64,000 nt of DNA, taken from the NCBI RefSeq assembly GCF_018350175.1, contig NC_058375.1, positions 136,524,001 to 136,588,000 of the forward strand, read 5' to 3'. Both the position numbers and the translations under genes were made by a program. The notes beneath the pieces were generated by a model, which was not told where the DNA came from, did no database searches, and saw nothing but the letters and a program-made list of their open reading frames with translations. Shown piece by piece: positions 25,525 through 36,952 of the stretch (within the stretch, counting starts at the first letter, position 1; each line of letters opens with the position of its first letter). This stretch comes from Felis catus (lineage: Eukaryota).

Positions 25525-26379
25525 CTTTTAGGGTTTGATTTAACTTATTTACATTTTGTGATACCTGACAGTACTTACAGGTTAATTGTAAAGAGTAGGA
25601 AGTGTGCAGGAGAGGATTCAGCATTCATTTTTTATAGGAATATTTTTCTGTAAGGGTTAACTTATGCTATGTGATCATAATAGTTTGAGTATACTATCAT
25701 GGAAATAAATGTTCAGAAAAAAATAACATTTTTTTCTATTATGAGTTTAACTTAATTTCATGTAAATTTGCATATTTTTGACCCTTTGTATAATAGGGCA
25801 TAATTCTAATATCGCCTGGGTGTGTAGGGATATCACGTTTGAAGTTCTAATCTAAATCACTTCTAAGCTAAAACTAAAGAAAGATGAGATCTGATATCCT
25901 GCTTTGGATGACACAAGTAATCTAACTTGCGATTTTAATTCACACAATTTAGCTTTTTAAAATTATATCCCTACCTGTTGCAAAAAGAATTTGAGCCATT
26001 TTGCACAAAATTGAAAAAAAATGTCATCTTGACTGTCTTTCTTTCATAATGTCCTTCATCCGTATTTTTATTTTCTTCCTTTGAAACAGGAAAAATGTGA
26101 AATCATTTTTAAAGTTTATGCTGCCATAATTTCCAATCCAATTTTGTCTATCTCAAAGCTTGAGACTTCCAAAGGAGTATCCGAAAATGTAGGCTAAAAG
26201 CCAAAATTCTAATCATTAACACATCTTTAGAAAAAGAGACACAAAGTAGAGAATTTAAAATAAAGAAGAGAAAAATGATACCATTCCACAGATTTTATTG
26301 CCAAAATGGTCAATGTCCATGTTGTGTGGTTGATTTGTGATCTTTCTTATAAAGCATCAATCATTTAAATATATTCAGT

Positions 26380-26760
26380 GAACTCCTCATCTCCCACTGT
26401 TTATTCTATTCTGGACTGTACTTCAGAAACACTGGCCTTCTTTTATTTCCTCAAATACATTGAACTTTGTCCCACCTCAGGACCTTTATCCAGGACATTT
26501 CTTCAGCCTGGAAAGCTCATTCTCGGGCTAGCTTCTTTTTAACTCCATTGAAGTTAAATGTCACCTCCTCTGAGACTTTTTCTGACAACTCAATCTAAAA
26601 TGGTTCCTATCTCTGATATCATCTTGTTCTATTGCCTTCAGATTACTGATCGCAGTATATAGTTGATATTTATTTGTTCACCTGTTTGATTAATGTCATT
26701 TTCTCTCACTAACCTGTAAGGTCTAAGAGGATGAGGTCTATTTTATCAGCTACTCTGCAC
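26380..26760 (+). mobile_element. L2 3' fragment
   Basis: CCACCTCAGGACCTTT...CAGCCTGGAAAGCTC...AAATGTCACCTCCTCTGAGA...CTGTAAG. Confidence 0.8.
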
Positions 26761-27104
26761 TCAGAGGCTAATGTAGTCTTTGGTACGTAATAGATAATTA
26801 ATAAATATATTTTTAATTAGAGGATAATCAAGTGCTGTGACATAACAAAAGAAGTAAAATCTTCTCTGAAGAACCCCCGATCTGAATGAGCTAAAATATA
26901 GACATGTGAAAATTGAAAACGATATTATAAGGTAGTGTATCACTGATAAAATTTGATAGAATGAGAAATCATGGGATTCTGGAATGGTCAAGAAAGCCCT
27001 AATGGAGTTGGCTAGACTTGAACTTTCATGAAAATCACAGATTGGATGCAGATAGATCCATAGAGACTAAGTCAATCTCATGATGAAGAAGGGGCATCCT
27101 TCAT

Positions 27105-28000
27105 TCAGAAATTCAACAAATACTTTTGAATGCTTATAATGCTTTAGAAGATGGAGTCATAGCAGTCATAGATAGAATGCTTGCCCATGGGGAGGAGCAA
27201 TACTTGTGGACTGACTTTTAAATAATTATTTCCCTAAGTCTCCTTTACCTCATCTGTAATACTGGGGTAAAAATAGTCCTTTGTAGCGAACACCGTGTAT
27301 CTTACATGGATATTCTTGATTTTCTTTTACCATTTCCATGAGACCTCTCCTCAGTTTCTGCATACTTCACTGCTAAGGGCTCCTGGCTTTTTCAAATTCT
27401 GTGGACCATTGTATTTGTGCTGGTTGCCTCATTAGAGCAGCATATTGAAAACATATTCTTCAGCTGCTTTCTGTGATAAATAAAGTCATGATTAATTTGT
27501 GATGTATTTGGGCACAAGAGAGAGGAGTCCCATTATGAAATTATGTACCTTCACGTAAGCCAAATGGAGGCAAAGAGCTGACTATGAGTCTTCTCTAATG
27601 ATGCAAATTCAAGAGTGAGCTCTGGACTGGGTTGACAATAGCTTACATGGAGACTAGAGAATAGATGTTAGTAACCTTACTGAAGAAGAATCGGTATGCT
27701 TTGTTAGCTAGCTGAATGAAGGTCATTGGCAAATATAGGGGAAGGAGGGGAAGCAAGACAAAGGAACCATACTAATATGGAGATCTGAAACATGTTGGCT
27801 AGGAAAAATATCATCATTGGCAGAAATAGGTAGTTAAAAATATTAAGCATGGAAGCCAGTTTAAGAGAAAAGATGCTATATTGAGTGTAAGCAAGTCTGA
27901 TAAGATAGACTTGAAAGCATACTGTCAGTTGGAGATGGTGTTCAGACTGGGGAAGAAGAAGAAATATCCCTGGAGATGACAGTGGGAATAGGGTGCTGAT
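27105..28000 (-). mobile_element. L2 fragments with an interposed MIR (about 27210-27290)
   Basis: CAACAAATACTTTTGAATGCTTA; CCTCATCTGTAA; GAAGAATCGGTATGCTTTG. Confidence 0.55.
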
Positions 28001-28566
28001 GTAATTAGGCCAGGGACTAATCTCCTAGCTTGGTTCACTCCTCTTCCCTCTAAGGTCTCCAAGGTATATAGATGTATTACTGGTGAGGAAAGTAAAACAG
28101 CATTTTCTTAGTAACAGGAACTTGCAATCCAAACCCTAATGTGGAAGCTAGATTGGAATCCATAAAAGACACCTTTAGTTAAGCTAATCTTTTTTAGTGT
28201 ATGTGCTGCCAAAGTGAGCACAAGCTAATCTTTATCTGATCTTTACTTTACCTAAGTTAATCCTTACTTAGCCTTTTCCCTGTTCCTTCTTGTTACCCTA
28301 AACTCACCAAATATGGACATTCATTGCTAACAAAGCTAATTGGATCCAGAGAGTCTAATTATTCCATTTCTTAGGCTTCCAAATTAAAACTTCTAATCTT
28401 ACTATAATACCAAGGTAAACTGTCCCAGGTAAAGGAAAAAGGAGGCAAAAACAAAGATTATAAAAGGGTTCTGCCACAATGCCAAAGGCAGAGTCAATCT
28501 GAGTATTCAAGACAGAGAGGGGGAAAAGGAAGCTATTAAAAACAACTTTAAGATCTTACCATTTTA

Positions 28567-28686
28567 GGGGCACCTGGTGGCTCAGTCCGTTAAGCCACTG
28601 ACTCTTGATTTCAGCTCAGGTCATGATCTCACAGTTTGTGAGATCAAGCCCCAAGTCAGGCTCTGAGCTGACAGATTGGAGCCTGC
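28567..28686 (+). mobile_element. 3'-truncated Can-SINE head fused to LTR
   Basis: GGGGCACCTGGTGGCTCAGTCCGTTAAG...GGAGCCTGC with no (CT)n or A-tail. Confidence 0.88.
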
Positions 28687-29164
28687 CCAGGTAACTATAA
28701 CCCCTTTATTGACAATAACTAGGCTACTAAACCCGATTGGTTTTCCAGGCTTGCAGTTTGCCTGATTGTTATCTCTGGTGACAATCCAGAAAGCTAAACA
28801 ATAACTTCTGTAACAATCAGCCCCAAATGGCCAGGACTTGGTTAACAATTGGCAGCCTCCCTAATTTTTGTCCTTGCTTCCAACTTGGGACCAACTACAC
28901 AAAGTCAAATCACACCCTTAATCAATCACATAGAATGTCCTTCTACTTAGCCAACCTACAGCTTTCTTGTGCCAACAGCCTCTCATCAAGGCATACCAAG
29001 AGCTTTCCTTGTTTTCTTAGTAGAAGGCTTTGCCACTCTTGTGTCTGCTTTTTAGTCTCTGTCAAACACAAGTGATGGTGGCTGACTCCCTTGCTACAGT
29101 GAGCTCAGAATAAATAGCCTTTGTGTTGCTTTCCTCATTTGGTGGACCTTCATTTCTTCCCACA
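28687..29164 (+). mobile_element. ERV1-class LTR (MER34/MER39-like), 5' part missing
   Basis: 3' end GCTGACTCCCTTGCTACAG..CTCAGAATAAATAGCCTTTG...CTCATTTGGTGG.CCTTCATTT..CCACA with AATAAA at 29109. Confidence 0.7.
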
Positions 29165-30029
29165 TTTGCAAATGCTGGCTTTTATTGAAAGAGATAAATT
29201 AATTAGTGTGTAAACCCAAGAAGTGAGCATATTTGGGTAAACGGCCAAATTTTAAGACTCTATGTTGGGGAGAAAAAATGCAGATGTCAGTAGGAAAAAA
29301 AAAAAGATTGACGGTACTGTGGACAGGGACAGAAGGAGAGAGAGATTAGGAGAGAGAGAAAGAGAGAGAAAATACTTGACAGGGTCAGTCCCAAAGGAAA
29401 TTGTGAGATAAGTGGGGATAGGAACCCCTAGAACACAAAGAGGATGAAGAGACATCTTTTACTTCCTCACCTTCATTCTTTAACCTCTAGACACAGACTG
29501 AAGCCCCCGGAGCAAAGCACCTTCATTCCATCCGGCACAGGGAAGCCCATAAACTGAATATCAGAGCCTGGCCTTTTAATGTTTTGTAGTTGCTTTGAAT
29601 TGTCAACCAATTACTTGACCACACAATAATTTTTGTTTCCTCAATAATCAAAATAACAATAATGGCTTGGAATTCAGGAAAAATGATTCACATGGAACAG
29701 TTTCAGCCTCTCTTATTAGATTACTTGAAGGTCAGCATGAATCAGCCAAACCTGTTCTTAATGTAAGGCTAACTAGGATTCTCCACCCTGTTTGCCTGTT
29801 ATTTTCTTCTCCTCCCAGGTCTCTTTTGCCAAGAAATCTTCCACATCTCCACCTCTGCCTTTGATAAGTCTAAAACCCGCCTCTCAATAACTTCTGAGCA
29901 AAAATATTCTCTTAAACTTTATTTGATTTGAGTTATCCTCGTTCTTTCCAAACATAGGACTTCATTTAAAGAATAAAATACTTTTGATAAAATGAAGTGG
30001 ATGTCTGAAACTATCACCATATTTTGCCT

Positions 30030-30185
30030 GGCGCTTGGAATGGATGGAATCCACCTAGCAGCTTCTTAGAGATGCAAATTATCAGGTCTCACCCTAGACT
30101 TCCGGTATCAGAAATTTTGCAAATGAGCTCCAGTAATCAGTGTTTAAACATGCCCTCCAGGTGATTTTGAATTTTGAGAACTGTT
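30030..30185. mobile_element. MER5A-like MITE
   Basis: GCTTCTTAGAGATGCAAATTATCAGG..TCAGAAA..CATGCCCTCCAGGTGATT..TTTGAGAACTG. Confidence 0.8.
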
Positions 30186-30190
30186 TTAGG

Positions 30191-30472
30191 ACAGGAGTTG
30201 GCAAGCCACAGCCCTTGGGCGAAATCCTGCCCACTGTTTATTTTGGTACAGCCCTGGGAGCTAAGATTGCTTTTTGCATTTTTAAATGATTTTTTTTTAA
30301 CATCACAGGAAAATTATATGAAATTCAAATTCCAATGTCCATAAACAAAGTTTTATTAGGACCCAGCTACACCTATGTGTTCACCACGTGTTGTTCATTG
30401 CTACTTTTACAGAACTGAGTAATTGTGGCCATGACTGGCCCACAAAGCCTAAAATATTTACTATCTAGTCAT
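30191..30472 (+). mobile_element. MER58B-like MITE
   Basis: CAGGAGTTGGCAAGCCACAGCCC...GGCCCACAAAGCCTAAAATATTTACTATCT. Confidence 0.85.
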
Positions 30473-30774
30473 AAGCTCTAGGTCATAAGCTTCCTAGGAA
30501 TGACTTTATGTGTTGGTGATAAGCACTAAAAATGTGCTTTTATTTTTGGCCTCTTCTACTTCTGATGGCTCATTCCACAGGTCTGGAAATCCAATGGCAT
30601 TTCCTCTGTCAGACTCCTTTTATCCCCCAAAGGCTGGCTCATCAAGGTTACTTCCTAGCGAGGAAAATGTCATAACAAAGGGATTTCTCTACCTTAGATG
30701 TAATCATGATAGTCACTTGGCTAAGATTCGAAGCATAGTTGGACATATTTTCTGGAAATATCTTACTGCTGGCT

Positions 30775-30945
30775 TGGTAGAGCTTCTCAAACTCTGCTGT
30801 GCATAAAATTGCCTTACAGAGCTTGACAAACGCGTAGGTTCTTGAGGTGAAATCCAGAAGGTCTGCATCAAGAATTCTGGGTTGGGCACTTGGAATTCAC
30901 AAGCACCCCAGGTGATTCTGACTCTGGTAATCTGAAGGACATACT
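30775..30945. mobile_element. MER5B-like MITE
   Basis: GCTTCTCAAACT...GAAATCCAGAAGGTCTGCATC...ACAAGCACCCCAGGTGATTCTGA. Confidence 0.65.
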
Positions 30946-31204
30946 TTTGAAAACCATTGAAAATAATTAAATTCTGTAAGAGATCTTCTTTGTTGCTGAA
31001 GAAAGATAACTGACTTTTAGGCTGAGGCATGGGGTTTGGAGTGAGAAAGGAAAAAGGAAAAAAAAAAAACTTTTCTAAAAGTGTGAATATGTGAAAACTT
31101 AACTGGATTACAAGGTGATCCAAAGCAGGCTAGATTTTCAGGAATCTGAAACTACACTAGCTGGGGGTGTTTTCCTGAAGTCAGCTCAGTATATCTTTTT
31201 TTGT

Positions 31205-31297
31205 TTGTTTGTTTTTAAGTAGGCTCCACATCCAACATGTAGGGCTTGAACCCATGACCCTGAGATCAAGAGTCACAACTGAGCCAGGCAAGTGCCC
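31205..31297 (-). mobile_element. Short old Can-SINE
   Basis: AGTAGGCTCCAC...GGGCTTGAACCCATGACCCTGAGATCAAGAGTC. Confidence 0.8.
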
Positions 31298-32774
31298 ACC
31301 CTTCCCCGCTGTATATATCTTCTTATTTTTATTATATTTTAGTTGTCCTCAGATGTCTTTGTAGTGTGGTCATCTTCAATACTTCACTTCTTAATTCATT
31401 TAAGGTTTCTTTATAGGAGAAAATAATTAGCTACCTTGTTTATAGTATTGCCTATGATTTGACTGAAGTCTATTCAGTGGACCGTACGTGACTCTCTTCT
31501 CACTATCAACTCCTTTCTATTTCATACCTCATTTCTCTAAATTTGGTAGGACAGGGACTTTTTGTGTACTTTCTGCCTGAGGCCTTTCACATGAAGAGTG
31601 AAAATTGCAAATTAACAAAGTATGATACACAAAAAAGAAGCATAGGCCTTAAAATACTTATCTTTTCTCACTTCTCTATATTTCTAATTATATTTGCCTT
31701 TCTGCAAATATTAGTAATATGACTCAAACTTTTCAAGATACCTTTTAGTAAAAAGCCTGCCATTACATATTTGTATACATCATATATCTGATTGTACAGC
31801 ATTCAATTTTGGAAAAGAAATGTCATCCTTAAGAGTTTTCCCTCCCCTTGTGAGGATTATTTGATACTTTCAAGTGGCAATCTGTTTTTTCAGTTTTTAT
31901 CATTGAATGAACTTTTTAATGATCATCACAGTAAAAACACACACTAATTGATTTCTTTTTGCCCAAATCACAGAAACAATTGCATAGGACAATTGAGTAA
32001 ACATTGTTAGGTCTAGATAAGAATCTCTAGCCAGGATTTGAGCATTATTTGGTTCAACAGAATCCCAAGTAAATAAGAGTGACCCAAAACTGTCCAGTCT
32101 TGGGGTCAATGAGCCTGAGGCAAAGCGAAGGACCTGCCTGTCCCTCTTCTGCTAGGCGAGATTTCAACACATCACGAACCCCACCCAAAAGGGTGAAGTG
32201 TTCTTTTATTTCCTTCCCTCAGACTCTCCTGCTTGCTCCTCTGCCAGCAAATCTGAGGGAGATGAATCATGTGAGAAAGGTGGGGGCAAATCATCTATCT
32301 GCACAGGCCTGCCTTGCACTGACTCATTTCAGAGGAAGCCACACACTTCTGTGGCAGAGGGCAGCTATTTATTTATTTATTTGTTTCGTGCATGTGCTTT
32401 TCCAGACTCATAACATACACCATCAGCCTCCTGAGTGAGTTCCAGAAAAAAAAAAAAATTATAAATTGAATGCACATGGAGAAACCAAGTCTCCATCCAA
32501 GACCGCACAGGCTCCCCACCCCGGCTCTCCAAGTCCACACCCTCATGGTTTACATAGTACCTTTCTTCCAAGGATCCCAGAGGGTGGCTCCAGCACAAAA
32601 GAATTAGACCAAGGAAAGGATGTGTTGGAGTTTCCTTCTAGACTAGTAAAAGGAACTACTAGGCCCTCTAGAGTTTAAGGCCACACAGGCAGGCTATGTA
32701 TATAGCAAGCAATCAAATTACATCTTAAGCCTTTAGGTGTTCATTTTCCCATTTTAGAAAGTCCAAATCACCCC

Positions 32775-32803
32775 TGATTATTATTATTATTATTATTATT
32801 ATT
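32775..32803. repeat. (TTA)n microsatellite
   Basis: Direct reading. Confidence 0.9.
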
Positions 32804-33077
32804 TTACTCTTAGGGGGAAAAGTATGAGGTGAGAAGTTTTTGCCTTTGGAAATATATTCCCTGGCCCCCCATTTCTGGTTCATTTCTTCTCATTTGTCAT
32901 ACTTTCCCCCCAAATATCAAATGCTCTCCTGCTGTCTTTCTCCCAGGAGAGTAATCCAATCAGATCGTTTATGTTAAAGGGTTCATGATGGGTACTGCAC
33001 ATCTCATGTATATCCACGTATTCTTTTTTTTTTTTTTTTTTTTAAAGGCTGTACTTTAAAGAATGATTGCACAGCCT

Positions 33078-33303
33078 GGGGCACCTGCGTGGCTCAGCCG
33101 GTTGAGTGTCTAACTTGGGCCCAGGTCATGGTCTCACAATTTGTGGGTTCAAGCCCCGTGTCAGGCTCTGGGCTGACAGCTCAGAGCCTGGAGCCTGCTT
33201 TGGATTCTGTGTCTCCGCCTCTTTCTGCCTCCTCCACCACTTGTGCTCACTCTCTCTCTCTCTTTCTCTCTCTTTCAAAAATAAATATTTTTTAAACATT
33301 AAA
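33078..33303 (+). mobile_element. Can-SINE
   Basis: TSD AAAGAAT(G/A)ATTGCACAGCC at 33058-33076 and 33304-33322. Confidence 0.95.
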
Positions 33304-34373
33304 AAAGAATAATTGCACAGCCAAAAGGAATTTTTGCAAATGAAGGAATTTTATGTATTTTGGGGATAAGTTTATTGGTGTTTATGGGTCTTTGCAACAA
33401 CCTGTATGCATGCAACCTGCCACTTTCTCTGCCTAGTACAATGCCTGCTTGGCTCAAAGCATGGCTGAGACCATCCAGTAAAATTCATCGGTTTGTCGGG
33501 CCAGCCTGGTAAAATCTGCTGCTTGTCCCGATGCACACTGTCTTCAACCTCATTTACTCGTTTAAATTACTTGTATAAGAGATTTAAACATTTAGTTCAA
33601 ACTTCGATGGCTACAGAAAATATATTAAAGTCTAGAATCTGAGACAAGTTCAGCTTAGCATCTAGTTAGGGCTAAGTTCGCAGTGGTCCATCATAACCCT
33701 TTTACTTTCTTTGTTGTGACTTGAGGCAACTCCTGGCTCCTTTCTGCCTTACTTCAGTTCCTGGGTTTAATCCACCAAGCTCTGACCACCAGGAGTGTTA
33801 TCTGCCCCTTTTCTAATGCCTGGTTTTATTGCTTTGAGTCTTATTGCCATAGTAACCAGAGGGCCTGGTCTCTGCCTTCCCCATCTAATATCTTTACCCT
33901 TCATTCACTGTTTTCTTCTTCTCATCTTCAAGAATGACTCAACGTCATGAGTAGGGTATCCAGCGTGAACCTGAGAGAGCACAGAGCATGAAACCCCCGA
34001 TACCTGGAAATCACTGTGCCAGGACCCTGGAACAATCACACAAACCATTTCCTTCCCCTACTGCAATCTGCTTGAGAAAAGTCAAATACCAAGAAGACAA
34101 GCTAATATTATTAAGGATTTATAATGGCTGATGAATGAACCCTAGATATGTACAAATATAGGCCACAGGCATAGGATCTTAGATCTTATGAATTCTTTCT
34201 AGTCAATGATACTGAAACTCCCACATTTGAAATTAAATTGTCCAAGACCATAAAGCAATTTACAGACTGGACAAAGATAAGACTTTGATTTCTTGAGTCT
34301 TAAGACAGTGCTCTTCCTATTATACTATCTATACTGTTCATTTATCATAATACTAATTTAAAAAAAAAATCAT

Positions 34374-34572
34374 GGGGCACGTGGCTGGCCCAGTTGGTTA
34401 AGCATCGGACTTTGGCTGAGGTTATGATCTCACAGTTCATGAGTTCAAGTCCCACGTCGAGCTCTCTGCTGTCAGCACAGAACCTGCTTTGGATCCTCTG
34501 TCCCCCTTTTTCTCTCCCCTCCCCCGTTCATTCTCTCTCTCTCTCTCTCAAAATAAATAAATAAACTTAAAA
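34374..34572 (+). mobile_element. Can-SINE
   Basis: Head GGGGCACGTGGCTGGCCCAGTTGGTTAAGC; (CT)n; AAATAAATAA tail. Confidence 0.92.
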
Positions 34573-35357
34573 CAAGTATCCTTGCACAACACAAATACTG
34601 TTTTGAAGTGAGCCTCCCGGCTCCATGGCACCCTTCCCAGCAGGCCTTACAGATGCCTGGTTAAGCAATGGTGAATGGGCTTCTGGACGGAGACTTAAGG
34701 GTTTTACTTGTATTATATAAGCAGAACTAAATCCACCAAAATTCAGATTTTTCCCAATCGTTCCCACTTCTGCTTATATGTTGGCCATACTGACATTTTC
34801 ACTTTATTTGTAAAAATACTTGTCATGCCATTATTTCAGTTTTCTAAAATTCTGGTTGGTGTTCCCATACCTACTATTTGTTTTATTTTGAGTGATTGCG
34901 TTTACAGTTGCAAAGTGCCCCCTCATTTACTGTAGATATGTCTCTATTTGAAAATGCACCAGGATCCGACCCTATACTGTCATACCAACACCACAAGGAA
35001 ATTGATACTCATGATAATGGCACATACAATGGTCAATGTGCAAACTTGCTGGAGAAGGGCTACATTTTCTCCATAAGACTTTCCATAATGAGGCAGCACA
35101 CCATAGACTGTTCTGAAAGCTGACCAAAATAATAGCTCAAGGGGTCATCATCCTATGCTTTACAGAAGAAGCTTACATTACTATGCTGGCTAGAAACACA
35201 CATGAATTAGAACACAGATTCCTACCTAACTGCGAAGTGAAAAATGCTGTTCAGTAAATTTTAAGGAAGAATTGAAAGAAAAATGGTTAAGGGTTAACAG
35301 CAGAAATTCAAATAATCTAGACTCCCTTTATTCTCTGAACATTGCAATTAATCATCG

Positions 35358-35543
35358 TTTTTTTAAGTTTATTTATTTATTTTGAGTGAGTGAGAGAGTA
35401 GGTGGCGGCAGAGAGAGAGGGAGAGACAGAGATTCCAAGCAGGCTCTCCACCATCAGCTCAGAGCCCAATGCAGGGCTTGAACTCACCAACTGTGAGATC
35501 ATGACCTGAGCTGAAATTGAGAATCGGACCCTTAACCGAGCCC
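35358..35543 (-). mobile_element. Can-SINE, slightly 5'-truncated
   Basis: GATTCCAAGCAGGCTC...GAGATCATGACCTGAGCTGAAA; TSD TAATCATC(G/A)TTTT. Confidence 0.9.
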
Positions 35544-35906
35544 TAATCATCATTTTAGCATCAGTCACATTTAAGGAGTGACAAACTTTTAGATAAAAAT
35601 AGCAAAGCACACCTTACCCTCAAGAGTATTAGGCTCTATCTGTCATGGTAGAACATGTGAGCAGGAACAAGATCTGCACACCAGAATGAACAAATATATG
35701 ATTGTTGTTGAAGTACCCAACGTAGAAGATAAAGTATGGTTCATTTGGGCTGTAATATTAAAATGTTTATAATACTAACATATTGTCGCTTTCCTTCTGA
35801 AGGAACTTAATTATTTCTGCTGCTCAGAGAATGGGATTTTTACAAATGACATGTATTATCTTGTCATGGTCAAAAACAATTAGTAATTTATCTGTCCTTT
35901 TCTTAG

Positions 35907-35990
35907 ATGCCTCCTTAAATCCGCATGCTGGCCATTTTCTTCCGTCTGCTAATACCACAGATTTATTGTTCACCACCCACTCAGATGCTG
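35907..35990 (+). CDS. Candidate 84-nt phase 1-1 exon (DASLNPHAGHFLPSANTTDLLFTTHSDAG), gene unidentified
   Basis: Acceptor TTTATCTGTCCTTTTCTTAG, donor G|GTATGC, length divisible by 3, only one open frame. Confidence 0.25.
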
Positions 35991-36264
35991 GTATGCAGGC
36001 CACATGTGCATACACATTTTTTTTAACATGTTAGGACTGAGTAACAAATAAGGTTTTTGCAATGGAATGAAAACAAGGGTAGCTGCTTTCACATAAATAT
36101 CATTTGTCTCCTACCTGTGCATCAAAGTGCATCTATAACACTCCTTTCTTCTTCCTCCACACGGAGACCATTGTTTCCTATTGGATGAAGTCCCAGATGA
36201 GCATATATTCACATTGCATTCCTTAGTCACACTGGTGTTGTCTGTCAGATATTTTTTTTTGTAG

Positions 36265-36282
36265 GGCGATTCCATGTACCTC
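36265..36282 (+). CDS. Candidate 18-nt micro-exon
   Basis: TTTTTTTTTGTAG|GGCGATTCCATGTACCTC|GTAAGC. Confidence 0.25.
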
Positions 36283-36700
36283 GTAAGCAGAGATGAAGCT
36301 CTGGTTCTTCTTGCAAAGGCACCCCAGCAGGCAAAAATCTGCAACTGTCTCAAAAACAGATAAATCAAGAAAAGAAAATTTGTCTTTTGAAAATGCATTT
36401 CAGGTTGTGAAATTAGAGTGGAAAACAAGAGTATGGGATGTTATTCTATCCCAGAGTTCATATTTTTTAAAGCCTTTTCTTTTACAGAAAGAGTGAATCT
36501 ACTCATGCTAGTCTTAGAGATATTTAAATATAAAACAAAAATAACAACAAAAAATTACTTTAAACCACCATGCATTCCTATTCTTTTAGGTAATAAAGAC
36601 CTTTTACTTAGAATGAATTATGTATTAAACTTTTTTCATGTGTTTGCTAGCTCAGCAAACCTTTGTTCTGAATGCTTTGTGACCATTAGTGCCTTTGATT

Positions 36701-36952
36701 NNNNNNNNNNNNNNNNNNNNNNNNNNNNNNNNNNNNNNNNNNNNNNNNNNNNNNNNNNNNNNNNNNNNNNNNNNNNNNNNNNNNNNNNNNNNNNNNNNNN
36801 NNNNNNNNNNNNNNNNNNNNNNNNNNNNNNNNNNNNNNNNNNNNNNNNNNNNNNNNNNNNNNNNNNNNNNNNNNNNNNNNNNNNNNNNNNNNNNNNNNNN
36901 NNNNNNNNNNNNNNNNNNNNNNNNNNNNNNNNNNNNNNNNNNNNNNNNNNNN
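36701..36952. other. Assembly gap
   Basis: Run of N. Confidence 1.

Noticed and set aside
32345-32365. CTCF-like GGCAGAGGGCAGC
   Set aside because: The 5' CCA of the core is mismatched; too weak to call.
36111-36330. Minus-strand Cys-rich peptide (ECNVNIC...WSPC) reminiscent of a TSP1 repeat
   Set aside because: Lacks the WxxW spacing and CSxTCG motif; likely chance.
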